From Hyphomonadaceae bacterium (GTDB lineage: Bacteria > Pseudomonadota > Alphaproteobacteria > Caulobacterales > Aquidulcibacteraceae): DNA of 45,650 nt. This document shows, piece after piece, positions 10,810-19,993 of the stretch (position 1 is its first letter; each line of letters starts with the position of its first letter). Location of the stretch: the NCBI GenBank assembly GCA_040383035.1, contig JBEIEG010000001.1, positions 1 through 45,650 of the forward strand, written 5' to 3'. The translations under genes were made by a program, and so were the position numbers. The notes beneath the pieces are model-generated. The model did no database searches. It worked only from the letters and a program-made list of their open reading frames with translations, and was not told the origin of the DNA.

Positions 10810-10845
10810 GTCATCCCCGCCGAAGCGAAAGCGGAGAGCGGGGAC
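10810..10845. repeat. REP-like palindromic element (GTCATCCCCGC..GCGGGGAC type)
   Basis: Outer stem TCCCCGC (10814-10820)/GCGGGGA (10838-10844) around CGAAGCGAAAGCGGAGA; lies between convergent genes. Confidence 0.65.
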
Positions 10846-10865
10846 CTTTATGATACACGTTTTCT

Positions 10866-10888
10866 CCCCTCTCCCAATTGGAGAGGGG
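10866..10888. repeat. REP-like hairpin or bidirectional terminator (CCCCTCTCC/GGAGAGGGG)
   Basis: Perfect 9-bp stem with 5-nt loop, between the convergent helicase and ppdK genes. Confidence 0.6.
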
Positions 10889-10905
10889 CTTTAGGCATCA
10901 TTCTC

Positions 10906-13563
10906 TCAGCTCAACGCTGCCTGAGCCGCTGCCAAGCGCGCGATGGGCACGCGATAGGGTGAGCAGGACACATAGTCGAGGCCGGCTTTTTCGCAGAAAG
11001 TGATGGAGGCAGGATCGCCGCCATGTTCCCCACAAATGCCCAGTTTCAAATCTGGCTTGGTGGCGCGGCCACGGTCGCGAGCAATCTTGATGAGGTCGCC
11101 GACGCCCGACTGATCCAAAGTCACGAACGGGTCTTTTTCAAAGATGCCCTGCTCGACATAAGCACCCATGAAGCGGCCGGAATCATCGCGGCTAATGCCT
11201 AGGGTCGTCTGCGTTAAGTCGTTGGTGCCGAAGGAGAAGAAAGCTGCCTGACGGGCAATCTCGTCGGCTTTCAGCGCCGCGCGCGGCAATTCGATCATGG
11301 TGCCAACCGAATACTCGATTTCCATGCCTTCATGATCCATGACTTCGCGGCCGATGGCATCAACGCGGTCTTTCAAGATTTGCAATTCCTTTTCCGTCGC
11401 CACCAGCGGGATCATGATCTCTGGCACCGGGGCTTCGCCTTCAGCTTTGGCCACTTGAATCGCAGCTTCAAAGATGGCGCGCGCCTGCATCTCATAGATT
11501 TCAGGATAGGTGATACCAAGGCGGCAGCCACGGTGGCCCAGCATTGGGTTCACTTCGTGCAAATCCTTAGCGCGTTCCAGCAATTTGGCTTTATCCAGCC
11601 CAGTTGCATTGGCTACCGCTTCCACATCTTCCAAGCTATGCGGCAGGAATTCGTGCAAAGGCGGGTCGAGCAAGCGGATCGTGCAGGGCAAGCCCTTCAT
11701 GATCGTGAAAATCTCAACAAAGTCTTGGCGTTGCATCGGCAGAATTTTGGTCAGTGCCAAAACGCGACCTGCTTTGGTTTCCGAAAGGATCATCTCGCGA
11801 ACAGCAGCAATCCGGTCAGCGTCAAAGAACATATGCTCGGTGCGGCAGAGACCAACGCCCTCAGCCCCAAATTCGCGTGCGGTACGCACGTCGAGCGGGG
11901 TTTCAGCATTCGCCCGAACCTTCAAGCGGCGGACTTTATCAGCCCAGACCATCAAGGCCGCAAAGTCGCCCGACAATTCAGGCTGTTCCATCTCAACCGC
12001 GCCAAACAGGACTTCGCCCTTGGAGCCATCGACCGAGATGATATCGCCCTTCTTGATCTCACGACCGCGCACTTTGAACACGCCTGCTTCTTCGTCGATG
12101 CGGATTTCACCGGCACCCGAAACGCAAGGCCGGCCCATACCGCGTGCCACAACCGCTGCGTGGCTGGTCATGCCGCCGCGTGAGGTTACGATGGCGCGAC
12201 TGGCGTGCATGCCATGAATATCTTCGGGGCTGGTTTCTTCGCGCACGAGGATAACCGACTTCCCGGCCTTAGACATTTCTTCGGCTTCATCGGGGTCAAA
12301 TACAACTTCGCCAACGGCAGCACCGGGCGAAGCTGGCAGGCCGACGGCGATCAAGTCACGCACTGCACCTGGCGCGATTGTTGGGTGCAGCAATTGATCC
12401 AGCGCTGCAGGATCGACCCGCATGACCGCTTCATTTTCGGTGATCAGGCCTTCGGCGACCATATCGACAGCAATCTTCAACGCAGCCTTGGCGGTGCGTT
12501 TGCCATTACGGGTTTGCAGCATCCACAATTTGCCGCGCTCGACTGTGAACTCAATGTCTTGCATGTCGCGGTAATGGCCTTCGAGCTGGCCATAAACTTG
12601 CACCAATTGCAGGAACACCTCAGGCAGCGCTTCTTCCATCGAAAGACCGCCCTCGCCCATCGTCTCACGCTGGACGCGGGTGATGGACTTCGGCGTGCGG
12701 ATCCCGGCGACAACGTCTTCGCCTTGGGCATTGATCAGATATTCGCCATAGAACAAACGCTCACCCGTTGATGGGTTACGCGTAAAGGCCACACCCGTGG
12801 CGGAAGTTTCGCCCATATTCCCAAACACCATGGCCTGCACGTTGACGGCGGTGCCCCAGCTTTCGGGAATGTCGTGCATTTTGCGGTAAAAATCCGCGCG
12901 GTCGTTCATCCAAGACCGGAACACAGCCCCAACCGCGCCCCACAATTGGTCGTTCACATCTTGCGGGAATGGCTTGCCCATCGCGGATTCCACCGCGGCC
13001 TTATATTTCACAACGACCTTTTCCCAATCTTCCGCCTGAAGGTCGGTATCAATCGTGTAATCGTTGACTTCCTTATAGCTTTCCAGAATGTCTTCGAACA
13101 TGTGATGGTCGAGTTCCAGAACCACATTGGAATACATTTGGATGAAGCGGCGATAGCTATCAAAAGCAAAGCGGCGGTTGCCGGATTGCGCCGCAAGGCC
13201 TTCCACCGTCTCATCGTTCAGGCCCAAGTTCAGGACCGTGTCCATCATGCCGGGCATAGAAGCGCGCGCGCCAGAGCGGACCGACACCAGAAGCGGGTTG
13301 CCTGCATCGCCAAAACCTTTGCCAACGGTGGTCTCAACCGTGGTCATGGCTGCTTTGACTTCATCGGCCAACGCATCGGGGTATTTCTGGCCCAAAGCAT
13401 AAAAAGCCGTGCAGACCTCGGTCGTGATGGTAAAGCCTGGAGGAACGGGAAGCCCGATCTTATTCATTTCGGCAAGGTTCGCGCCCTTGCCACCCAGAAG
13501 ATTTTTCATGGTAGCGTCGCCATCGGCGAGCCCCGCTCCAAAGCTATAGACCAATTTACTCAT
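10906..13563 (-). CDS. ppdK: Pyruvate, phosphate dikinase
   Basis: LLGGKGANLAEM, SVRSGARASMPGMMDT, GGMTSHAAVVARG (phospho-His), GLCRTEHMFF, SFGTNDLTQ, GICGEHGG; 885 aa. Confidence 0.99.
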   Translation of the reverse strand: MSKLVYSFGAGLADGDATMKNLLGGKGANLAEMNKIGLPVPPGFTITTEVCTAFYALGQKYPDALADEVKAAMTTVETTVGKGFGDAGNPLLVSVRSGARASMPGMMDTVLNLGLNDETVEGLAAQSGNRRFAFDSYRRFIQMYSNVVLELDHHMFEDILESYKEVNDYTIDTDLQAEDWEKVVVKYKAAVESAMGKPFPQDVNDQLWGAVGAVFRSWMNDRADFYRKMHDIPESWGTAVNVQAMVFGNMGETSATGVAFTRNPSTGERLFYGEYLINAQGEDVVAGIRTPKSITRVQRETMGEGGLSMEEALPEVFLQLVQVYGQLEGHYRDMQDIEFTVERGKLWMLQTRNGKRTAKAALKIAVDMVAEGLITENEAVMRVDPAALDQLLHPTIAPGAVRDLIAVGLPASPGAAVGEVVFDPDEAEEMSKAGKSVILVREETSPEDIHGMHASRAIVTSRGGMTSHAAVVARGMGRPCVSGAGEIRIDEEAGVFKVRGREIKKGDIISVDGSKGEVLFGAVEMEQPELSGDFAALMVWADKVRRLKVRANAETPLDVRTAREFGAEGVGLCRTEHMFFDADRIAAVREMILSETKAGRVLALTKILPMQRQDFVEIFTIMKGLPCTIRLLDPPLHEFLPHSLEDVEAVANATGLDKAKLLERAKDLHEVNPMLGHRGCRLGITYPEIYEMQARAIFEAAIQVAKAEGEAPVPEIMIPLVATEKELQILKDRVDAIGREVMDHEGMEIEYSVGTMIELPRAALKADEIARQAAFFSFGTNDLTQTTLGISRDDSGRFMGAYVEQGIFEKDPFVTLDQSGVGDLIKIARDRGRATKPDLKLGICGEHGGDPASITFCEKAGLDYVSCSPYRVPIARLAAAQAALS

Positions 13564-13699
13564 GTAGCATGTGCCTCATGTGATTCCTGCGCCACAAGCG
13601 CTTGTTAGCGGCCCTTCTAAGGCAGTCCAGTGAGTTATCAACCCACACCGAAGCCCAGAACGGCTGAACTGTGTCGCAAGACACACACCCTTTTGGGTA

Positions 13700-13714
13700 T
13701 GTAGTTTTACAACA
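13700..13714. promoter_or_regulatory. Palindromic operator candidate TGTAGT-TTT-ACAACA upstream of ppdK
   Basis: Near-perfect dyad TGTWGT-N3-ACWACA about 140 bp upstream of ppdK; resembles HexR/RpiR-type carbon-metabolism operators. Confidence 0.35.
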
Positions 13715-13821
13715 CGCAAAATCATCCAGAACCTGAGCATTTGTCTGGATCGAAGTCCTGATGAAACAAGCCTCAGCTCAAGCCCCGTGTAGCAACCCGG
13801 GGCGGACCGGCAGGCTTCAAT

Positions 13822-15963
13822 CTACGCGCCTGCCAACTTCGAGAAGTCGGCCACCCGCTCGCTCACTGCACGCAATTTCACCAATAGAGCCAAACGGTTC
13901 TGACGAATGGCAGCATCAGAATCATTGACAAGAACAGTCTCAAAGAACAGATCGACTGGGCCGCGCAGCCCTGCCAAAGCGCTCATTGCGGCATCAAACG
14001 CTTCTGTCGCGAGGGCCTGATCCATCTGGCTTTCAGCGGCCACAAGGGCTTGGTACAGCCCCTGCTCGGCTGGTTCTGCCAACAGCGCATCTGACACGGT
14101 GCCCTGTGCCGCAGCCCCGTCCTTCTTTTCCTCCGCACGCAGAATATTGGCCCCACGCTTAAGACCCGCCACCAAATTGGCCCCATCCTCGGTCTTCAGG
14201 ACCTTAGCCAGAGCCGTCACACGGGCAACGATTCGCACGATGTCATCATCGGGGATGGCAAAAGCCGCTTCCAGCACATCTGGCGCAAAGCCTTCATCGC
14301 GGAGGGAGACGCGGAGGCGTTCGAGGATGAAGTCGAGCAAGCCATTGGCTGTGGTTTTCTCTGCCAAAGCAAAGCGGACACCCGCTTCCCGCACAATCCG
14401 AATGACACCCAGCGCCGCACGGCGCAGCGCATAAGGGTCGCCCGAACCGGTTGGTTTCTCGCCAATGGCAAAGAAGCCAGTCAATGTGTCTAGCTTATCG
14501 GCCAAAGCCACGGCCATGGCGACAGGCTCACTTGGCACCTGATCGGATGGACCGACGGGCTTATAATGATCGCGGATGGCGTCGGCGATGATCGTGTTCG
14601 CCCTAACCCTTGTGCTCCCCTGCGACGCGGGGGAGCTGTCGGCGGAGCCGACTGAGGGGGGAATGCCCCCTCCACCCTGCTGCGCAGGGTCCCCCTCCCC
14701 CGTTGCACGGGGGAGGACAGCCTCGTGAAGCTGATAATAACGCCCCATAACCCCTTGAAGTTCTGGGAATTCCCCGACCATCTCGGTCGTCAAATCAGCC
14801 TTAGCCAACAAAGCAGCGTGCTTGGCTGCGGCCACATCTGCCCCGACCAGTGGCGCGATCTCGCCAGCTAATCGGATAATTCGATCCACCTTTTGCCCAA
14901 CGCTGCCCAGCTTTTCGTGGAACACCAACGTATCCAGCTTCGCCACGCGGCTTTCGAGGCTCGCCTTGCGGTCCAAGTCCCAGAAATAGCGCGCATCATT
15001 GAGGCGAGCGGCCAGCACGCGGGCATTACCCAGCGCGATTTTCTTGCCGCCGTCGGTTGCCTTTACATTGGACACGATGATGAAATGCGGCGCGAGGCCA
15101 CCAGTCTTAGGATCGCGGACGACGAAGTATTTCTGATTGACCCGCAAGGTCAGGCGAATGACTTCAGGCGGCAGGTCCAAAAAGGAAGGATCCATGTCGC
15201 CCATGATCACATGCGGCTCGTCCACCAGACCACAGACTTCTTCTAAAAGCCCTTCATCATGAATGAGTTCAAGGTTTCGCGCATGGCACAGGGTTTGGGC
15301 GTCCGCCTTGATCTGGGCCTTGCGCTGATCGCGGTCGAGGACGACATGGGCGGCTGACAGCTTGGCCTCATAATCCTCAAAGTCCTTGACCTCAAAAGTG
15401 CCTGTGCCGTGGAAGCGATGGCCTTCGCTGATGTTGCTGGCGGCAATGCCGTCGACGTCAAACGGCACGACTTCACCGTCAAACACCGCCAAAATCCGAT
15501 GCAAAGGCCGCACCCACCGCAAAGTCCCCTCACCCCAGCGCATGCTTTTGGGCCAAGGGAAGTTGCGGATGATATCGGGCACGAGCTCTGCCAACGCATC
15601 TGGCGTTGCCCGGCCAGGCTTTACCAGATCAGCGACATAAAAATCGCCCTTCTTCGGGTCAGAAACCACGCGGGCCTGGGCGATGTCGGTTAAGCTAGCA
15701 CCACGTAAGAAGCCTTCAATGGCTGTGGCGGGGGCATCGACTTTGGGGCCCTTACGCTCTTCGCGCACATCAGCGGTCCGCTCTGGCAGGCCTTCTACAA
15801 CCGCGACGAGGCGACGCGGCGCGCTGAAAGTCTCCATCCCGCTCGGCAAAAAGCCCGCCTTAGACAAAGCATCCATCAACAGCTTTTTGAGGTCTTCAGC
15901 CGCGCGCTTTTGCATGCGGGCCGGGATTTCTTCGGAGAAAAGTTCAAGCAAGAATTGGGGCAT
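13822..15963 (-). CDS. glyS: Glycine--tRNA ligase beta subunit carrying an in-frame palindromic-element insertion
   Basis: [73 protein letters not shown]; extra ~39 aa between GRYY and ADAIRDHY. Confidence 0.97.
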   Translation of the reverse strand: MPQFLLELFSEEIPARMQKRAAEDLKKLLMDALSKAGFLPSGMETFSAPRRLVAVVEGLPERTADVREERKGPKVDAPATAIEGFLRGASLTDIAQARVVSDPKKGDFYVADLVKPGRATPDALAELVPDIIRNFPWPKSMRWGEGTLRWVRPLHRILAVFDGEVVPFDVDGIAASNISEGHRFHGTGTFEVKDFEDYEAKLSAAHVVLDRDQRKAQIKADAQTLCHARNLELIHDEGLLEEVCGLVDEPHVIMGDMDPSFLDLPPEVIRLTLRVNQKYFVVRDPKTGGLAPHFIIVSNVKATDGGKKIALGNARVLAARLNDARYFWDLDRKASLESRVAKLDTLVFHEKLGSVGQKVDRIIRLAGEIAPLVGADVAAAKHAALLAKADLTTEMVGEFPELQGVMGRYYQLHEAVLPRATGEGDPAQQGGGGIPPSVGSADSSPASQGSTRVRANTIIADAIRDHYKPVGPSDQVPSEPVAMAVALADKLDTLTGFFAIGEKPTGSGDPYALRRAALGVIRIVREAGVRFALAEKTTANGLLDFILERLRVSLRDEGFAPDVLEAAFAIPDDDIVRIVARVTALAKVLKTEDGANLVAGLKRGANILRAEEKKDGAAAQGTVSDALLAEPAEQGLYQALVAAESQMDQALATEAFDAAMSALAGLRGPVDLFFETVLVNDSDAAIRQNRLALLVKLRAVSERVADFSKLAGA
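14611..14719. repeat. Mosaic palindromic element (RIME/CIR/RPE-like, MITE-like) inside glyS
   Basis: Terminal IR TGTGCTCCCC/GGGGAGGACA (9/10 match); five hairpins at 14614-14636, 14638-14652, 14654-14672, 14674-14690, 14694-14716. Confidence 0.85.
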
Positions 15964-15966
15964 AGT

Positions 15967-16908
15967 TCAGACCACCTCTTCTTGGGCTGGGGCTTGGGTT
16001 TCTGCCCAAAGGACGGCGCAACCCTTGGCCTGATCGCGTACGCGGGCGATGAAGCTCTGCCGCTCTGTCGGCGAAACCACGCCGCGCGCGTCTAGAAGAT
16101 TGAACAGGTGTGAGCATTTCAGCGCCCAGTCAAAGGCGGGAAGTGGCAAGCGCTTGTCGCGCAAATGGGTGCACATACGCTCTGCATCCTCAAACCAACG
16201 CTTCAGCATGGCAGGGTCGGATTCTTCGAAGTTGAAGGTCGATTGCTGGCGCTCATTCTCTAAGAACACATCGCCATAGCTGACGCCAAGTCCATTGAAA
16301 TCAAGATCATAGACGTTTTCAACGCCCTGCACATACATGGCCAAACGCTCTAGCCCGTAAGTCAGTTCGCCCGAGACCGGCTTACAATCGAGGCCACCGA
16401 CTTGTTGGAAATAGGTGAATTGGGACACTTCCATCCCGTCACACCAAATCTCCCAGCCAAGCCCCCAAGCCCCGACGGTCGGGTTTTCCCAATCGTCTTC
16501 GACAAAGCGGATGTCATGCAAAGTGGGATCAATCCCAATTTCATAGAGTGAATTGAGATACAATTCCTGCAAATTGGGCGGATTGGGCTTTAGGATCACC
16601 TGATATTGGTAATAATGGCCGAGGCGATTTGGGTTTTCGCCATAGCGGCCATCCTTGGGACGGCGAGAAGGCTGCACATAGGCCGCACGCCAGGGCTTTG
16701 GGCCGAGCGCGCGCAACGTCGTGGCTGGATGCAAGGTCCCGGCGCCAACTTCTGTATCATAGGGTTGCAAAATGACGCAGCCTTGGCGCGCCCAATAGTC
16801 CGAAAGGGTGAGAATAATATCTTGGAAGCTGGGCACTTTGCCAGCGGCAAGCGCTCGCGAGCAAGGCGTTTCGCGCGGGGCGGTTTGAGAAGCAATAATT
16901 TGGGTCAT
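15967..16908 (-). CDS. glyQ: Glycine--tRNA ligase alpha subunit
   Basis: [67 protein letters not shown]. Start at ATG 16908 has no clear SD; a TTGCAA-N18-TATGCA promoter-like pattern just upstream suggests a very short leader. Confidence 0.98.
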   Translation of the reverse strand: MTQIIASQTAPRETPCSRALAAGKVPSFQDIILTLSDYWARQGCVILQPYDTEVGAGTLHPATTLRALGPKPWRAAYVQPSRRPKDGRYGENPNRLGHYYQYQVILKPNPPNLQELYLNSLYEIGIDPTLHDIRFVEDDWENPTVGAWGLGWEIWCDGMEVSQFTYFQQVGGLDCKPVSGELTYGLERLAMYVQGVENVYDLDFNGLGVSYGDVFLENERQQSTFNFEESDPAMLKRWFEDAERMCTHLRDKRLPLPAFDWALKCSHLFNLLDARGVVSPTERQSFIARVRDQAKGCAVLWAETQAPAQEEVV

Positions 16909-16989
16909 GACGATGTGTGCATAAAGCCCAAGCGGCCCCGCTTGCAACAAGCGAGGCCGCTTTTAGCGCAGAAGAAGGCGGGAACTGGC

Positions 16990-18948
16990 CTATTCTTTCA
17001 AGCGCAAACTGAAGGTTTCCCGGGCAATCTGCTCAAAGGTTGCATTCAACTGGCTTGCATCGACCGCAAATGCGCGGTCCGCACTGCCTGCACAGGTGCG
17101 CAGACGGCTGACGGCCTCCGTATCCGAGACGTTGATCGCCACCGTGTAGAGCTGGATCTTGTAGGTATCCCGGATCGCGGTACACCAAGACTGCATGCGC
17201 GAGTCGAGCGTCGCCCGGTCTGGCGAACCTGTGCAGCCCGGAGCGCCGGATTCATTACATCCCCAATAGCCCGGGAAGTTAATCGCTTGTTCGTTTGCGC
17301 CGTCGGTCATCAAAACCATGACCTTGGTGACGGTTGATGAATCAAACGGCTCTGGCCGATTATGCTGGAAGAAGTCTTTCCATTCGTTACGAGGTGACAG
17401 CGCCCGCAGCCCCCAACGCAAACCCACATCGGCATGAGTGCCGCCAGGTGATGGCGACAGACGGTCAATTGTATTGATCAATTGGCTCCGGTTGGCAGAC
17501 AAGCCAAGCATCGGCATTGGGCAGTTCAGGTTTGGTCCTGTGATGCGGCGGAAGCTATCCCACGTCTGCCGCGGCACCCACGAGCACCAAGAGCCATTGG
17601 CATTGTTCCAAGTGATTTCATTATAGTCGGCGGCGCAGCCATTGGCGGTGCCCAAGTTCAGGTCCCACTGACATCCACCACTACTCACGCAGCTTTGTGT
17701 GCCCGAGAAGTTGAAGAAGGCGTTTCGAGTGCCATTGTTATCGTTTTGCGAACACGCAATTGTGGTTGTGCTTGGGCTGCCTGCAGGGCATGAAAGATAG
17801 GGGCAAGAGTAGCGATTATTAACGCAGGCTGCGTTCAAGGTCGTCGCGCCAAAGTTCAAAAATGCAAAACTTTCCACCTTTTGGCCAGGCAGTATCAATT
17901 TGCCTTGTGTTTGCGGCGGCGGCGGCGGTGGTGGTGGCGGTGGCCCCTTGGGTGGCGGCGGCGGTGGTGGCGGCCCCTTGGGTGGCGGTGGACAACCGGT
18001 CCAATTGTCGCACATCCGCGGTGTGCTCACCCCTCTGGTTCGGGTGGCATTGTTGACGCGCGGCGGCACCTGCAAAGCATTCCAGCTCATGCCAGCCTTT
18101 GTATCATCATTGGCCGAAAGGCTTTCCCCTGTGCCAGAGATACAGCCGCGCCAGCCAACGGGCGCAAACAATGTATTTAAAGTGGCAGTGGTCTGAGTAA
18201 TGTTAGCCGTGCGGCTCACAAGATTGGTTGGCAGCGACCGCGTGCCTGCGTCAACAGGGTTACGGACAGGCGCGGGATCTTTATTCCATGTTTGGTCTGG
18301 AACTTCGCCACGAATATTGACGGTCGTAGTCCAAGGAATAATTGCAACCCGCAAGCGATCCGGAATGGTGACCGTGTCGAACAAGGTATTGACGAAACCC
18401 TTGGCAGCACTGCGCATTTGAGTGAAGCGCGTGGTTGAACGACCATCCGTTTGGAACATCGAGGCGGTGGTATCCACCACCACGGCCACTTCCAAGCGGC
18501 GGTCAGTTCCGGCGGTGGCGACACCAACGGCGCTGAGTGAAACTGTCGAAAGCCCAACCATGCCGCCTAAGATCAAGGACTGAGTGCCGGTCCCCGTGAG
18601 ACGGGATGAACCATCCTCACCCCAAGTGACAGAGGCCTGAAGATTGCTCACCCCTTGCTCGGAACCAGGTGCAGAGGCCAGAAAGGCTTTGGCGCCAGCC
18701 GTCGCCCCAGCAGCACGAGCCAGCGTTTCCCCAAGAGAGGCTTTATCAGCCTGCTCGCGTTTGGCCGCTAAGGCACCTGCATCGGCGGCGGCAGATAAAG
18801 ACGCCCTAGTGTTGGAGATGCGGTTGAGCTCAATAGACGCACCCAACACGCCGAGCGATACTGACGAGACCAATACAAACATAATCGCGACATTACCGCG
18901 CTCACCGGGCGTTAGGCTCGTTGCTAAAAGAGTCTTTGCGAACTTCAT
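16990..18948 (-). CDS. TadG-like (Tad/Flp) pseudopilin with split vWA domain and Cys-rich/polyproline insert; putative pilus-tip adhesin
   Basis: Prepilin-like site ERG-NVAIMF plus hydrophobic helix, AADAGALAA; vWA elements VVVDTTASM, GGTHADVGLRWG, VMVLMTDGAN, LYTVAIN, LNATFEQIA. Confidence 0.85.
   Translation of the reverse strand: MKFAKTLLATSLTPGERGNVAIMFVLVSSVSLGVLGASIELNRISNTRASLSAAADAGALAAKREQADKASLGETLARAAGATAGAKAFLASAPGSEQGVSNLQASVTWGEDGSSRLTGTGTQSLILGGMVGLSTVSLSAVGVATAGTDRRLEVAVVVDTTASMFQTDGRSTTRFTQMRSAAKGFVNTLFDTVTIPDRLRVAIIPWTTTVNIRGEVPDQTWNKDPAPVRNPVDAGTRSLPTNLVSRTANITQTTATLNTLFAPVGWRGCISGTGESLSANDDTKAGMSWNALQVPPRVNNATRTRGVSTPRMCDNWTGCPPPPKGPPPPPPPPKGPPPPPPPPPPQTQGKLILPGQKVESFAFLNFGATTLNAACVNNRYSCPYLSCPAGSPSTTTIACSQNDNNGTRNAFFNFSGTQSCVSSGGCQWDLNLGTANGCAADYNEITWNNANGSWCSWVPRQTWDSFRRITGPNLNCPMPMLGLSANRSQLINTIDRLSPSPGGTHADVGLRWGLRALSPRNEWKDFFQHNRPEPFDSSTVTKVMVLMTDGANEQAINFPGYWGCNESGAPGCTGSPDRATLDSRMQSWCTAIRDTYKIQLYTVAINVSDTEAVSRLRTCAGSADRAFAVDASQLNATFEQIARETFSLRLKE
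17914..17991 (-). repeat. Polyproline-encoding tandem repeat (30-bp period, KGPPPPPPPP)
   Basis: Encodes PPPPKG-P8-KG-P10; GGCCCCTTGGGTGGCGG recurs at 17942 and 17972. Confidence 0.9.
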
Positions 18949-19069
18949 CGACCCAATCCATCAAAGTGCCAAAAACGTAGAGACACCTTACCTAGCGTTA
19001 CAGGCAAGCTCCTAACATCGGCTAAAAAGAATTGGTCAACTGGAGCTAAATCTACTCCGTGCAATTTTA

Positions 19070-19100
19070 ATTAATACGCATTTTACAGATGCGTATTGAT
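19070..19100. promoter_or_regulatory. Inverted repeat overlapping a CtrA-box-like site upstream of the tadG-like gene
   Basis: AATACGCAT-N7-ATGCGTATT (19073-19097) perfect dyad; TTAA-N7-TTTAC at 19071-19086 (CtrA consensus TTAA-N7-TTAAC, one mismatch); AT-rich intergenic region. Confidence 0.4.
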
Positions 19101-19201
19101 ACAAAACAGACCATATAAATCCAAAAATTTCAATATCTTAAGGAGGCGAAGCCTTAGGGAAAAATGGGCCAATCAAGACCAAGCAGGAACTTACCAATTC
19201 C

Positions 19202-19993
19202 TTAAAGTGCCTGCCCATCATCAATTTGAACCACCGCACCACTAGTGAAACGGCCTGCCTCTGAGACTAACCATGTCATCGCCCCATCAAGGGCTTGGTC
19301 GTCCATCAAGCGGCGACGCGGAAATCCGGCAACCATCTTCTGGCCGCCACTTTGACCGAGCCAATCGGCATTAATCTCAGTCTCAATATAGCCCGGGCAG
19401 ATTGCATTCACATTGATGCCCTTACGCATCCATTCTGCGGCCATGGATTTAGCCATCATCACGACAGCAGCTTTTGAGACGCAGTAGGGCACAAGGCCGG
19501 GAAGCGGCTTGAGGCCCGCCATCGAGGCAATCAAGACAATTCGGCCATCGCCACGTTCTGCACTGCCACTTGCGATCATGCGCTTGGCGCCTTCGCGAGC
19601 GGTGAGAAAAACGCCGCGTACATTGACCGACATCATGGCATCATAGGCATCCATGGCAATGTCGGTTGCGAGGCCAATTTCATTGGTTCCGGCATTGGCG
19701 ATCACGATGGACGGCAGCCCTAAACCTGCCTCAGCAGCGTCAAAGGCTGCGACCACACTGGACTCGTCTTGCACGTCAAGCTTCACTGCCTGAGCCACCC
19801 CGCCTTCGGCTTTAATCGACGCGACCAACGCCTCTAAGCGATCCACCCGGCGCGCACCACACACCACTTTTGCGCCCAGCCCAGCCAGAAGTCGGGAAAA
19901 ATGCGCGCCAAGACCGGAGGATGCCCCCGTGATCAAGGCAGTCTTGCCGTGGAGGCTGAAATTGGGCTGGATCAAAACAGGGTTGGCAGTCAA
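19202..19993 (-). CDS. SDR family NAD(P)-dependent oxidoreductase
   Basis: TGASSGLG Rossmann motif, ANAG, YCVSK catalytic motif, NAICPGYIET; TTG start uncertain. Confidence 0.92.
   Translation of the reverse strand: MTANPVLIQPNFSLHGKTALITGASSGLGAHFSRLLAGLGAKVVCGARRVDRLEALVASIKAEGGVAQAVKLDVQDESSVVAAFDAAEAGLGLPSIVIANAGTNEIGLATDIAMDAYDAMMSVNVRGVFLTAREGAKRMIASGSAERGDGRIVLIASMAGLKPLPGLVPYCVSKAAVVMMAKSMAAEWMRKGINVNAICPGYIETEINADWLGQSGGQKMVAGFPRRRLMDDQALDGAMTWLVSEAGRFTSGAVVQIDDGQAL

Noticed and set aside
11332-13608. Long plus-strand ORFs (283, 235, 188, 244 aa), and similar ones opposite tsf, rpsB, xseA and mfd
   Set aside because: Antisense frames of conserved genes; expected from codon bias, with no recognisable motifs.
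13670-13752. GNRA hairpin plus ACGCAAA suggesting a c-di-GMP-I riboswitch
   Set aside because: Wrong strand for ppdK, and it lacks the GGCAAA and P1 elements.
13755-13775. CTGATGA..GAAAC resembling a hammerhead ribozyme core
   Set aside because: CTGATGA runs directly into AAC with no stem II, and no compatible stems I/III were found.
14601-14610. CCCTAACCCT telomere-like motif
   Set aside because: Under two units; better explained as part of the palindromic-element junction in glyS.
17881-18196. Gly-rich and RRRRWWW plus-strand ORFs
   Set aside because: Antisense readings of the polyproline repeat in the tadG-like gene.
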